From Sphyrna mokarran (lineage: Eukaryota), in contig JAGIQG010000011.1 in the NCBI GenBank assembly GCA_024679065.1, forward strand, positions 74,710,001 to 74,774,000: a stretch of DNA of 64,000 nt, given 5' to 3'. The notes below the pieces were generated by a model. That model was not told the origin of the DNA. It worked only from the letters and a program-made list of their open reading frames with translations, and did not search any database. A program made the position numbers and the translations under genes. Numbering within the stretch: the first letter of the stretch is position 1; each line of letters starts with the position of its first letter. Below are positions 48,124 through 60,212 of this stretch, in pieces.

Positions 48124-49280
48124 TTGATTTGATTTATTGTCACATGTATTAGCATAGAGTGAAAAGTATTGTTTCTTGCACGCTATGCAGGCAAAACATA
48201 CCATTCATCGAGAAGGAGAGAGTGCAGAATGTAGTGTTATAGTCATAGCTAGGGTGTAGAGAAAGATCAATTAAATGCAAGGTAGCTCCATTTAAAGGTC
48301 TGATGGCAGCAGGGAAGAAGCTTTCTTGAATCGGTTGGTATGTGATCTCAGACTTTAATATCTTTTTGCCTGATGGAAGATGGAAAAGAGAATGTCTGGG
48401 ATGCATGGAGTCCTTAAGCATGCTGGCTGCTTTGCCAAGGCAGCAGGAAGTGTGGACAAAGTCAATGGATGGGAGACTGGTTTGCTTGATGGATTGGGCT
48501 ACATTCATGACCTTTTATAGTTCCTTGCAGTGTTGGGCAGAACAGAAGCCATACCAAGCTGTGATACAACCAGAAAGAATGCTTTTTATGGTCCATCCAT
48601 AAAAGTTGGTGAGAGTTGTAGCTGACATGCCAAATTTTCTTAGTCTTCTGAGAAAGTAGAGGCATTTGTGGCTTTCTTAACTATAGTATCGGCATGGGGG
48701 GACCAGGACAGGTTGTTAGCTATCTGGACACCTAAAAACTTGAAGCTCTTGATCATTTCTACTTCTGCACCATTGATATAGACAGGGACATTTTCTCCAC
48801 TAACTTCCTGATATTGATGACAATCTCCTTTGTTTTCTCGACATTGAGGGAACACAGTCTTGTGGGCACTGATGTTGAGGATGGTTGTGGAGGAGATGCT
48901 GTGGCCTATCATTACTGATTGTGGTCTGTGGATTAGGAAGTTCACTACCCAGTTGTCAAGGGAGGAGCCGAGGCTCAGGCCAGGGAGTTTGGAAATGGGT
49001 ATTGTAGAAATAATGATGTTGAAGCCTGAGCTAAAGTCAATAATTAAGAGTCTGAGATAGGTATCTTAGTCAACTAGGAGTTCCAGGATTGAGTGCAGAG
49101 CTGGGAGACGGTGTCTGCTGTGGACCTGTTGCAACTATAAGCAAACTGTAGTGGATCCAGGCAGTCCGGAAGGCTGGAATTGATTTGTGCCATGGCTAGC
49201 CTTTTGAAGCACTTAATGTTTGTGAATGTCAGAGCCACTAGATGATAGTTAATAAGGCACGCTGCTTGGCTTTTCTTTGT
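48124..49280 (-). mobile_element. Rex1/Babar-clade LINE, 3' portion
   Basis: LPDCLDPLQFAYSCNRST, FKFLGVQIANNLSW, SFFPAAIR; end reverse complement GTGACAATAAATCAAATCAA. Confidence 0.88.
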
Positions 49281-50157
49281 AACATCCCTACTGAACAAAA
49301 ATCTATCAATCTCCATTTTAAAATTTCAATCGATGTAGCTGTTACAGAGTGTTATTATAAGTACCTTCTTATTTAAATGCATTTGCTGATGTCTGTAATT
49401 TTTGCATGCATGGGCAGGGTCATGTCATCAGTAGCATGTATTTTTCAGGTTTAGTCTTCTATGAGGAACTGCTCACAGTTCTGTGTTCTTGTTTCAATGT
49501 CTCTTCATATACAAAGCAGTTTGAATGTTACGTTTGTGGCTGAGGTTACCACGCCCACCTCAAGAGTTCTTTTTTTGGGAGCAAGTTCCAGAATTTCATT
49601 ATCTTTTATGCAAAGAGGCAGAGATCAGAGACAGTGACAGAAAATGTTGAAAAAGCAGATCAAGTCGAGGAAGAAAGAAAACAGCTGCTGACTTTTAACA
49701 GAACAATTCTGAGAAAGCCCCAAGCAGAGTGTAAACATATGCTGCAGTTTCCTGCAAGATACTTCTTTTGGACAGCAATTTCTCTTTAAATAAGATACAA
49801 ATACTTAAGCTTTTACTGGTGCCTATAGTATGGGTGGAATCGTACAGCACTTCTCGCTTCTCCATCTACCCCCTCCCCACTTCATTGGTGACATCCCACC
49901 CTTTCCCCAAGATTAATGCCAACATCTGTCTCCTATCTTCACAAATATTCCACCCCATACTGGCATACTCTCTCTTCCTCCCCACCTCCATAATCATTTG
50001 CTGGCATAACCCTCACCCCCACCCCATCAGGCTAGCACCCATCATCTCCACTACTCCCATGTCCACTTACCCCACCATAAATGAGTTGCATCAGTGCCAA
50101 CTTGTGCTAGGGACATTGCCTGCTCATGTCCCTCTCCTGGGTGGGGTGGTGGGGAAG

Positions 50158-50748
50158 CTGGTTTGCTTGATGGATTGGGCTACATTCATGACCTTTTATA
50201 GTTCCTTGCAGTGTTGGGCAGAACAGAAGCCATACCAAGCTGTGATACAACCAGAAAGAATGCTTTTATGGTCCATCCATAAAAGTTGGTGAGAGTTGTA
50301 GCTAACATGCCAAATTTTCTTAGTCTTCTGAGAAAGTAAAGGCATTTGTGGCTTTCTTAACTATAGTATCGGCATGGGGGGACCAGGACAGGTTGTTAGC
50401 TATCTGGACACCTAAAAACTTGAAGCTCTTGATCATTTCTACTTCTGCACCATTGATATAGACAGGGACATTTTCTCCACTAACTTCCTGATATTGATGA
50501 CAATCTCCTTTGTTTTCTCGACATTGAGGGAACACAGTCTTGTGGGCACTAATGTTGAGGATGGTTGTGGAGGAGATGCTGTGGCCTATCATTACTGATT
50601 GTGGTCTGTGGATTAGGAAGTTCACTACCCAGTTGTCAAGGGAGGAGCCGAGGCTCAGGCCAGGGAGTTTGGAAATGGGTATTGTAGAAATAATGATGTT
50701 GAAGCCTGAGCTAAAGTCAATAATTAAGAGTCTGAGATAGGTATCTTA
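50158..50748 (-). repeat. Near-identical direct duplicate of 48477-49068
   Basis: About 4 differences seen by eye in ~592 bp; same internal deletions; track ORF MWALMLRMVVEEMLW... occurs twice. Confidence 0.95.
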
Positions 50749-51786
50749 CATTTGCTCCTCTGGATGGATCCCCACAATAGGTTCATGTCTGGATGAACCT
50801 GCTGTAAACTATGCCAACATAAATCATGTCAGCAAGGTACAAAAATTTAGTTGGGGGTGAGTGGGAGGGAGGGGTGATGATCTGATAAAAGGGGTGCTTG
50901 ATGTAGTCAAATTTATTAAAATGAACATAGATCATGTTCCCGCTCACTGTGGGCATGAATTTAATTACATCACTGCCAAGGAGCAGGTTTTGTTGGACCT
51001 TGAGCCCCCACCCCTGATTCTGTGCATGGAGATTGCAGTCTCAAGATCACCCCTCTGTTTGTCTGCAGTGAGACCTTGCTAACCAGGAAAATAAGCTGAC
51101 AGATATTTGCAAAATAAAGCTTGATGTACATAACTTTGTTCTCCTGTACTACTGTTTAAGAGAAATTTCAGTAGAATAACTAAAAAGTGCAAGACTGTGC
51201 TAATTGTATCTCAGTTGTATTTTATTTATTCAAGTGGAGGTCATTCATTCTTTATAATCAAATAGATATAAGGAGACACTCACTCAAAGTGGAGTATGAT
51301 TATGAAGTGCATGTTTGTCATGTTTCACACTGTTAGTAATGTTGGACTGTGTAAGGATTTGCTCCAGTTTCCTCCTTTAGCAAGTGGCTTTCTTGAATAT
51401 AACACTCCAGAGATCGATTTTCTATTAATTCATAGTCAGTCACTGGAATATCCAGCCATATAATCAGGAATGACGTTTTAATGAGACAGCATCAGCAAAA
51501 TGGTTCTCCACTTGACACCCATTTTTGGCAGCAAATAATCTTAAATGAATTTGATCAAATCTTGACACATTTAATGTCTTACAAAGACATGAACAATATT
51601 ATCTACTTTTACACTGATTAGAGAACATTGCCTTGCTCAATTTTTTTCATCTTTTTGGTCCTCTATTTGTAACAGGAAGCTTAAGATCTTTACAGGTTCT
51701 GGCAATCCTTTAAAATGAGTATTTTTCTCCTCATTTTCCTAACTGATTTGTTGATCATTGTCTGGTGTGTTTGTGATATAGGTTAC

Positions 51787-51887
51787 CTTTTATCGGGAGA
51801 CCACTGACACCTTCTTGATCTCTCCTTGTTGACAGTAGACCTCTCCTTGCTGAGGAAGCTCTCTTTTGCTAAGGTGTCATCTATATC
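51787..51887 (-). other. Candidate exon on the minus strand (DIDDTLAKESFLSKERSTVNKERSRRCQWSPDK)
   Basis: TTTTTCAG|GAT acceptor and AAG|GTAACC donor bracket 101 nt open in one frame; no homology recognised. Confidence 0.25.
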
Positions 51888-52019
51888 CTGAAAAATTCTG
51901 GGAATGAGCAATTTTGACCACTTTATTATTTCTATGTTTGGTACAAGTCTTTTGTAAATAATTTAAAAAAACTATTACTCATACAAGATCAAACCAAATC
52001 ATAGTCTTATGTCTGTACC

Positions 52020-52277
52020 TTGACTCCTTTAACTTGCCACTCACGTTGTCTGCACCTGTAAAGACTTGATTACCTGTTAAGACTCACATTCCAATCATTA
52101 TCTTGTAATTGAGTTTATCTATATATGCCCTAAATGTGAAACAAATACTGCACTCACCTAGTGAAGGAATGGCACTCTGAAAGTTTGTGCTACCAAATAA
52201 ACCTGTTGGACTTTAACCTGGTCTTGTGAAACTATTTACTGTGCCTACACCAGTCCAACATCAGCAATTCCACATCT
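52020..52277 (+). mobile_element. Penelope-like 3' terminal repeat with degenerate hammerhead-like core
   Basis: CACTCACCTAGTGAAGGAATGGCACTCTGAAAG, then CCAAATAAACCTGTTGGACTTTAACCTGG...CCAGTCCAACATCAGCAATTCCACATC. Confidence 0.75.
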
Positions 52278-52299
52278 TGATTAGCTAACAGCCTTCATT

Positions 52300-53460
52300 A
52301 GCAGAAAGCAATTCTGTCCCATCAACATACAACTCAACTAGACTATCGAAAGTAGGTCCTTTATGTGTGCGCATGAATCCCAGAATGCAGCTACAACTCC
52401 TAAGTAATAAGGTGATCCCAGGTGCCTCGACTATTCCAGCCATCTGAGGGATTCACAGAAATAAGGGCCACACACCAAAAATATGGTATTCATGTCTGAG
52501 GGGAACTCTCACATTGCAGGAGAGGAGAGCTACAATAGTTGCCATCCAAGTAACCATTGCACATGTCATTGAGATGCTGACAGTTCAGGCACACAGTTCA
52601 ATCTGTTGGAGCCCTTCAATGTGCCCCAGGAGTGTCACTCCAGGAGACATTGTGGCAGTCTGCTGTGCTCTGCATAATTGAGTGTTTTAGTTGGGGGAGG
52701 CATTGAATAACATGTACATCACTGGTCACCATTTTTTACCCAAGGAGGCAGGGCATAGGCCAGTGAGCATGTGGCACAGAATGAGGAATGCCTTGCATCA
52801 GATGTAAGGGCAAATGAGAGATGCGCAAAGGATGGATCAGGATAATCTCATGCATATTTATTGCCTGTGACTATGATGTCTTTTCACAATCAATGCAATG
52901 ACTTTTATATAGATATTGCTGTCTTTATCTCACAATCCATCTCCTGCCCAGAGCAGACACTGACAAAGTTGAGATAACCAGACATGTTCTAATCCAATAG
53001 AAGCAGCTAGGTAAGGGAACAAGGCTGTAAATAACATCTAATAAGGCAACAAGAACATAAAAAGATAACCTACAGTACTGAGTCTACTACCTACTGAGTG
53101 GTGCAACATAATAAAGCCTTCAAATGTACAAAATCTAAACAGCTATGACTCCTTGTGCAGATAGGTGCTCCTCTGAATTTATTTACATGAACTCTAACTT
53201 GGTGCTGTTCTTGGATTTGCAGAAGATGCAAAAGCAGGTTTCCTCATGACTTGGGGTGAACTTGATGGTCCTTTGACAGCTGAAGGCCAAGAAGGCTCCA
53301 ACATGCTGAAGGCTCTGGTACCACTGCTGAACCCTCTTGTCACTGGAGGAACTGGGGCAAATGGTGGAGGGGCTGAACAGCTGCAGTCTACATTGGAGCT
53401 CCCTGACAGGAGCCCCAAGAAAGCAGCTTTCCCTACAAGGCACACTTACACCTCCATGCT
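52300..53460. mobile_element. PIF/Harbinger DNA transposon relic (transposase C-terminus on +, possible convergent ORF2 end on -)
   Basis: EESYNSCH (52522), GALQCAP (52608), IVAVCCALHN (52649-52678) resemble HARBI1-type DDE C-termini; minus-strand Pro/Ser-rich frame 53194-53445 ends near AATAAA. Confidence 0.65.
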
Positions 53461-53524
53461 TACTTGATGGGAATCCTCAATTAGCTCTCACCTGGCTGCC
53501 GCTGCAGAGCATGGGCAAGACAAA

Positions 53525-53622
53525 GACAGTAAAGTTTTGCAACACCAATTTTAAATCCAACCAATTTATTTGATAGTGTCGAAAGCTCGCGGATTTACTA
53601 TGTTGTGCCTTCGTCAGGCAAA
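53525..53622 (-). mobile_element. Short Penelope-terminus fragment, same subfamily as the 31616 hairpin
   Basis: CAGTAAAGTTTTGCAACACCAATTTTAAATCCAACCAATTTATT matches the arm at 31651-31694; reverse complement CTGACGA at 53611-53617. Confidence 0.8.
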
Positions 53623-54174
53623 TGCAGTGTTCTCACAAAGACATGCAGGTCTGCACACATTCCTAACATCCAGTGAGTGCTTTGCTGGAGCTGGCTCTGA
53701 GGATTTGCAACCTCTCAATAAAGAGAGGCATATACTCAAATGTCTTGCAATATAGTAGCATTCATGGTCTTATTGACCTCACAGTTGGACGTGGCTGCTG
53801 CTGCAGTTCCCTTACCTCTTGCTTCAACTTCAGCAGCTTCCATGTTGCTAATGAATCTGTGATGTTATAGAAGGAAGTGACATATACTCATGTGATTTGT
53901 AAGTCCAGGAGAAGGCAGCATGGAAAACAGGTGGTTTAAGGGAATGTTCTTACAACCAAATGTGGTGTAATCAGGTCAGAGTGTCTGCAGCTGACAGCTT
54001 TTGTGAGGTTTGGAAAATACTCAAACCCAATAACAATAATCCCACAGTTTGAGAATATTGCAGAAAGTGATCACCAGGAACAGGCAGATAGTGCAAGGGT
54101 CTCCTGAGTGCAATCTACTCTCCAACCAACATTCGGTCCTAAATACTGATGAGAGTATGGTTTTTCTGGGGAAT

Positions 54175-54655
54175 TATTTTTTCACAAGATGTAGATAACG
54201 CTGGCCTGGCCAGCATTTATTGTCAGTTCCTAATTGCCCTTTAGTTTAATTTGTTGGTAACTAAAAATAAGTCCCTGACTGTCCTTGAGAACATAGTGAT
54301 GGCCTGCTACAGTTCTGGTATGGGTGCAGCCAAAGTACTATTAGGAGTAGACTTCCAGGATTTTGATCCAGTGATAGCTAAGGAATGGTAATATATTTCC
54401 AAGTCAGGATGGTGTGTGACTTGGAGGGTAACTTTATGTGGCGTTCCCATGCACCTGCTGCCTTTGTCATTCTGGGTGATTAAGGTCATGGGATTGGAAC
54501 ATTCTGTCAAAGGAGCCTTGGCAAGATGCTACAGTTACCTTGAAGATTGTACAGACCGTCACCACTGTACATTAGTGGTGTGAGGGATGAATTTCTATGG
54601 TGGTGGAAGAAGAACCAATCAAGCAGGTTGATTTTTACTGGATAATGTCAAGCTT
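54175..54655 (-). mobile_element. Old LINE 3' fragment sharing its tail with the MetaSINE-like SINEs
   Basis: GCTGGCCTGGCCAGCATTTATTG tail reverse complement; TTCCAGGATTTTGATCCAG...GTCAGGATGGTGTGTGACTTGGAG also at 46380-46460; related pieces at ~11410-11935 and ~58915-59050. Confidence 0.65.
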
Positions 54656-55099
54656 CAAGCCTCAAGAACCCTAATTCTTCCAGGATCCTCTAATGGTGAA
54701 TTCTAAGTTCTGGGAAAGGTAGGCTTTTTTGTGAGTTAATTTCTGCTGTATTATTTACTTGTAAAGTATACTTCATTCTGAGATACCTTTGTTTAGTCTA
54801 AGTGCTCCTGAGCGAGAGGATATATTATCTTAAGGGCAATTCAATAGCTCTCAAAGCTAACTTAAGCTCTTATGATGATTTAAAATCTCTTTTAGTTGAG
54901 AAATTTAAACTTCACAAGAAGTTTGACTGAATAATTTTATGTTGCTGGGATGTAAAGAACCTGAACAAATAGAAGGATATGAGCCTGCTGTCAGAACTTG
55001 GGTTGGAAATTAGCAAGCAACACCTCAAAAATCATAATCTAAAAATTACTCCCAGTGCCATGAGCAGGTGTGTATAGAAATAGAAGAATAAAGGAGTTG

Positions 55100-57160
55100 A
55101 TGGCATAAGAGATTGTGCAGGAGAGAGGATTTTAGATTCTTGGGACGTTGGGATTAGTCAAGGGGGAGATGGGATGGTTGCAGGCTGGATGGGTTGCACC
55201 CAAATAGAGCTCTAACTAAGTTTCTTGCAAGCTATATTGTGAGTACTACTAACTTGGCAGAGGTTTTGGAGCCAGGAAATAATATCAGAGAAGAATACCT
55301 AGGTGCACGATATACTGGAAGAGATAGATAGAACTGGAATATAGAAGATGAAGGGGGAAAGTAACAAACTCTAACTCTGGGTTATGTGCATGTATGTGAA
55401 TGCACAGAGTATAGCAAATAAGATTAGTAAGTTACAGATTCAATTGTGACGTGGAAATATAATTAATGATATAGTTATAACGGAGGCCTGGCTAAAGGAA
55501 AGGCAGGACTGGGTGTTAAATATTCCTGGCTACAAGCTGTTTAGGAAAGATAGAGCGGCGGAGAGGCAATGGCATTGATTACAGAGAATATTGCAGTGTT
55601 GGGGAAAAAGGATGTGCCAGGTGGGACAGAAACTCTTTGGCTAGAGCTAAGGAATGAAAAAGAGTATGATGATATCACTCGGTCAAAGGCCGATGGGTCA
55701 AAAGGAACATAAAGAAACAAATTTGCTAGATAATTTCAGAGATGCAAAAGTTATAAATTAATTATAATGGCAACTTTAATTATCTGAATTCAGGAAAATT
55801 TTTGACAGCAGTATGTTTTCCGTCTAACAAGAAAAGAACGTACTACTATTATCAAAGATTTAATAAGTCGGCGTTTGAAAGGCCAAATCAGACAAAGTCA
55901 GCAAGGATTTACAAAAGGGAAATCGTGTTTGACTAATCTAATGGAATTATTTGAGAATGTAACAAGTAAAGTTGATCAAGGAGAACCAGTGGCTGTGGTT
56001 TATTTAGATTTTCAGAAGACTTTTGATAAGGTATTTCATAACAGACTACTATGTAAAGTTAAAACACGTGGGATTGCAGATAATGTCTTGAGATAAATAG
56101 AAAGCTGGCTAGCAGATAAGAAGCAAAGAATTGGCATTAATGGGTCTTTTTCTGATTGGCAGTTCCAGACTCATGAGGTTCCACAGGAATCTGTGCTTGG
56201 ACTCCAACTGTTCATATATTAATGATTTGGAAGATGGAATCAAATGTATTATCTCCAGATTTGCAAATGATACAAAATTGGATGGGAAGGTGAGCTGTGA
56301 GGAGGATGCAGAGATGCCTTAGCATGCTTTGGACAGGCTGAGTGTTGTAGGCATCTGTGTGGCAGATACAGTATAATGTAGATAAACATGAGGTTATTCA
56401 CTTTGGTAACAATAATAAGAAGATATTATTATACGAATGGGTGTAAATTGAGGGAAGTGATTCCTTAACAACACCTTGGAATCCTCGAATACCATCCTCG
56501 AATACCATTTGCTGAAAGTAAAGTAGAAAATAAAGCACACAGGTGTAGCAGACTGTAAAGAAGGCAAATGATATGTTGGTTTTCAGAGCGAGAGAATTTG
56601 AGTATAGGGATAGGGATATTTTGTTGTAGTTGTATAGGGCGTTGGTGAGGCCACACCTGGAGCATTGTATGCAGTTTTGGTGTCCTTATCTGAAGAGGTC
56701 CTTGCTACAGGGGCAGTACAGTGAAGGTTTATCAAGTTGATTCCTGAGATGGCAAGTCTGTTAAATAAGGAGAGACTGGAGTTTAGAAGAGTGAGAGGGG
56801 ATCTCATAGAAACTTATAAAATTCTAACAGGATTAGACAGGGTAGATTCAGAAATAATGTTCCCAAAGGTGGGGAGTCCGGAACTAGGAGTTATAATTTG
56901 AAGGAAAGGGATAAACCTTCTAGGCCTGAGATGAGGAGAAACTGCTTCATCCATAAAGTGGACAATGTATGGATTTCATGATCACAAAAAGTAGTTGAGG
57001 CCAAAATGTTGTGAGATTTAAAGAGGGAATTCGGGTCTGAAGGGAATATGGGGGAGAAGGTAGGATCAGGATATTGTATTTAATGATCAATCATGATAAT
57101 AATGAATGGTGGAGCAGACTTAAAGGGCCAAATAGCCTACTCCTGTTTCTATTTTTTATG
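55100..57160 (+). mobile_element. CR1 LINE relic: ORF1 esterase end, EN, internal deletion, RT, 3' end
   Basis: LDGLHPN (esterase), MYVNAQSIANK and ITEAWL (EN), QQGFTKGKSCLTNLMELFE; RT part very similar to 1-1193. Confidence 0.88.
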
Positions 57161-57164
57161 TATG

Positions 57165-57840
57165 TTTGTTAATAGGGGTGTAGAGCACAAGAGCAAAGAG
57201 ATTATGCTGAACTTATACAAGACACTAGTTAGACCTCAGGTGGAATGTTGTGTACAGTCCTGGGCTCTGTACTACAGGAAGGATATGAATACATTGGAGG
57301 GAGGGTAGAAGAAGTTTGCAAGAATGGTTCCAGGGATATGAAACTTCAGTTATGACGATAAGTTGCAGAGATTGGGAATGTTCTGCTTGGAAAAAAGCAA
57401 GCTAAGAGGAGAGGAGATTTGATAGAGATGTTCAAAATCATGAGGGGTTTGGCAGAGTAGATAGGGAGGAACTGTTCCCACTCATAAAAGGATCAAGAAT
57501 GAGAGCACACTGATTTAAAGTGATTTGCAAAAAAAGAAGTGATATGAGGAAAAAACTCTTGCCCCCTGGGTCCCCTCATCTGTTTCATTTGCACTCATAC
57601 CTTCCTGCCCCTGACTACTGAGCAAATCAGAATCCCCTATGCTGAGGAGTGTGATTGCCTCCTGGAATGAAGTGACAAAGTAACATTCCCCCGTCCTGAA
57701 GTGTTACACTGGTTGCAGTTCAGCTTCCAATTCAATAACTGAGCTAAAATCCCTGCTGACACAAATACTTACTGTGGGTTTTCCTTGATCACACCAGTAT
57801 TCAGAAGTACCCATATCATGCAATCACCTGCCCTGCATCT
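57165..57840. mobile_element. CR1 RT 3' fragment (+, ~57165-57555) abutting a probable CR1 ORF1 fragment (-, ~57560-57840)
   Basis: LYKTLVRPQVECCVQSW; reverse complement IELEAELQ...FQEAITLL resembles the CR1 ORF1 N-terminus. Confidence 0.6.
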
Positions 57841-59109
57841 CCTTTTATGTGTTAATTAATTAATAACTGCTACTTAATGAGGCTTACAACTCCTAATAGG
57901 TTTTAGCATTGTCGGCAAACTTTTCAATACTGATAAGAAAATACAGTACTGATTAAACCTACAGTTTCTAATAGTTACTGATTTATCTGCTCCTCCCCAC
58001 CATCACCAAGTTTCCAACTCAGGAAATGTTACTTCTTGCCGTGAGCCTTACCTAAAGCACTTATTTCCCCATGCAACTAATTTCCACATTAAATCAAATT
58101 TCCAAACATCCTCACTTGGTCTCTATCTTATTCAGGCTGAAGTCTCCTCCCACACTGACCAAGCATCCTAATTCCACCATTGATGCCTTCTTCCCCACCT
58201 CTGCTCCTCCCGCTGGGCACCGCAAGGGCTGAGGTGCGTTATAGACCCTGACAATCACATTTTGATTTGACGTGTCTTAAATTTCCTTTGTACTTTTTGG
58301 GTTTTTTTTGTTCAATCTGTTCCCCACTCCTTCTGGGGAGCTGCCCCTTTTACTTTGTCCCAATGTAATTTGAGTTGGTTTACTTGGTTCGACCTAAAAG
58401 ACTGCCCCCCAACCTTAATTGGATAAACTTTCTGCGAGTCAATTGGTCAGAAACTGTGTGACCACGACACTGCCCAGTCATATAATGTTTGAATGTAAGT
58501 GGCACCTACATCTAGTGCAGACACTGTACAAATTTCTGCCCCATGTTGGAGCAGGCAATTTGGACATCTGTCTTCATTTCCAGTAAGAAATCTTGGAAAT
58601 GTCCCTATCCAGCAGCTCTTTTTTTGTTCTGGAATTACCAAAAATTCTAAGAATATTTCTTTTCCTTTTGAAGGTCAAGTGTATTACCAAAATTTTAATA
58701 ATCTTTGCACTTTGAAGAAGTGCTAATAGTCTGGGGATTATGTTTCCTTGCCAGCTACTTGACCACTTTCAACTGAGGAAATGATATATTTAGACAGCTA
58801 TCATCAAGAGAAATTCATTCTGAGGGAGATCTCATGGCAAATAAATGATGTGTTATGTTTTGGGTAATCCATCAAAGGGCAAAAAAAGATATACATGTAG
58901 GCCTGAATGTTTTTTTTATATTTGTTCCTGGGTTGTGAGCATTACTGGCAAGGTCAGCATTTATTGCTCAGTTCTAACTGCTCTTGCGAAAGTCGTGGTG
59001 AGCTTCCTTCTTGAACCGCTTCAGTCCACTTGGTATACCCATGGTACTGTTTGAATAAATAGGATAAATTCTGAATACATTTGCTCAAAAAAACTTACAT
59101 TTTTTTCTG

Positions 59110-59880
59110 TAGTAGCTTTAGCATTGTAAGTCATCCAAAGGCATTTCATAGGAATGTTCAAAGAACTTGCAGAGAGGGTAAGACACCCTCTATTCTTACC
59201 TGAACATGAATGTAGGATTGGGTTTAATATCATATGAAAATGTGACGCCAAACCACATAAGGACGTATCAGGACAAATGACCAAAAAAGGGAAGTTTTAA
59301 GGTGCATCATAAAGGAGGAGAAATGTGGAAAATTTGGGAGAGGGACTTCCAGATCTTAGGGCCTAGGAAGTCAAAAATGGAAGAGACCAGGATTGGAGGT
59401 GCATAGAAATGTCAAGAGGTTTGTAGGGCTGGAGGAAGTCAATGAACAATGCAATTATGATTGAATGAAATCTGGTCTGAGTTAAATTAGGACAGCAGAA
59501 TTTAAATAAGCTCAAGTTTAAAGAATGTGCATGGTGGAAGACGTGCCGAAAGAGTATTGGAATCGTTAAGTCTAGAGATAACAAAGGTACAAGTAAGTGT
59601 TTCAGCAACATATGAGATTATGCAGGGAAGCAAATGTGCAATATTAAGGAGATGGCGATAGGTCATCTTAGTGGTGAGCAGGATATGGGGTTGGAAGTTT
59701 AGCGGGGAGTTAAATATGACACCAGAGTTGTGAATGGTCTTATTAGCCTCAGATGGTGGTCAGGAAGAGAGATGGAGTTCGGTAGTTCGGGGACAATCTG
59801 TGAGTGAATATTGGTCTTCCCAATATTTAATGGAAAGGAATTCCACCTTATAATGACTATTGGACAAAAATGACAAATCA
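59110..59880 (-). mobile_element. L2-clade LINE 3' fragment
   Basis: Reverse complement ETLTCTFVISRLNDSNTL resembles the L2 motif ETLIHAFVTSRLDYSN; GVIFNSPL. Confidence 0.7.
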
Positions 59881-60212
59881 GAGGTTTGATAAGGTATTCA
59901 AGATGAGTTTCGAACTGTGCAGACCAAGGAGATGTTTGCAGGGGAATCTAAAAAATAAGGTAGTTAGTAAATCGGTAGGAAATAGCTGGAAAATCTTCTT
60001 TATCAGAGTATGATTAGAACATGGAACTCAGTACTACAAGGATTAATTGAGGCAAATAGCTCAGATGCATCTAAGCGGAGGCCAGATAAATACATGAGGG
60101 AGAAGATTATGTTGAAAGGGTTTGATGGAAACTTGTGGTGCATGGATCAGTATCAAGGGAATAGGGGTTAGATGGTGAGTGTTTGGCGGATGCTTGAGTG
60201 TGCAGTAACAAG

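Noticed and set aside
51648-51707. Downstream exon for the 51787-51887 candidate via a 79-nt intron
   Set aside because: The intron is purine-rich with almost no polypyrimidine tract.
55875-57160. Similarity to 1-1193 as a segmental duplication
   Set aside because: Similarity is confined to CR1 sequence and flanks differ; best explained as the same subfamily.
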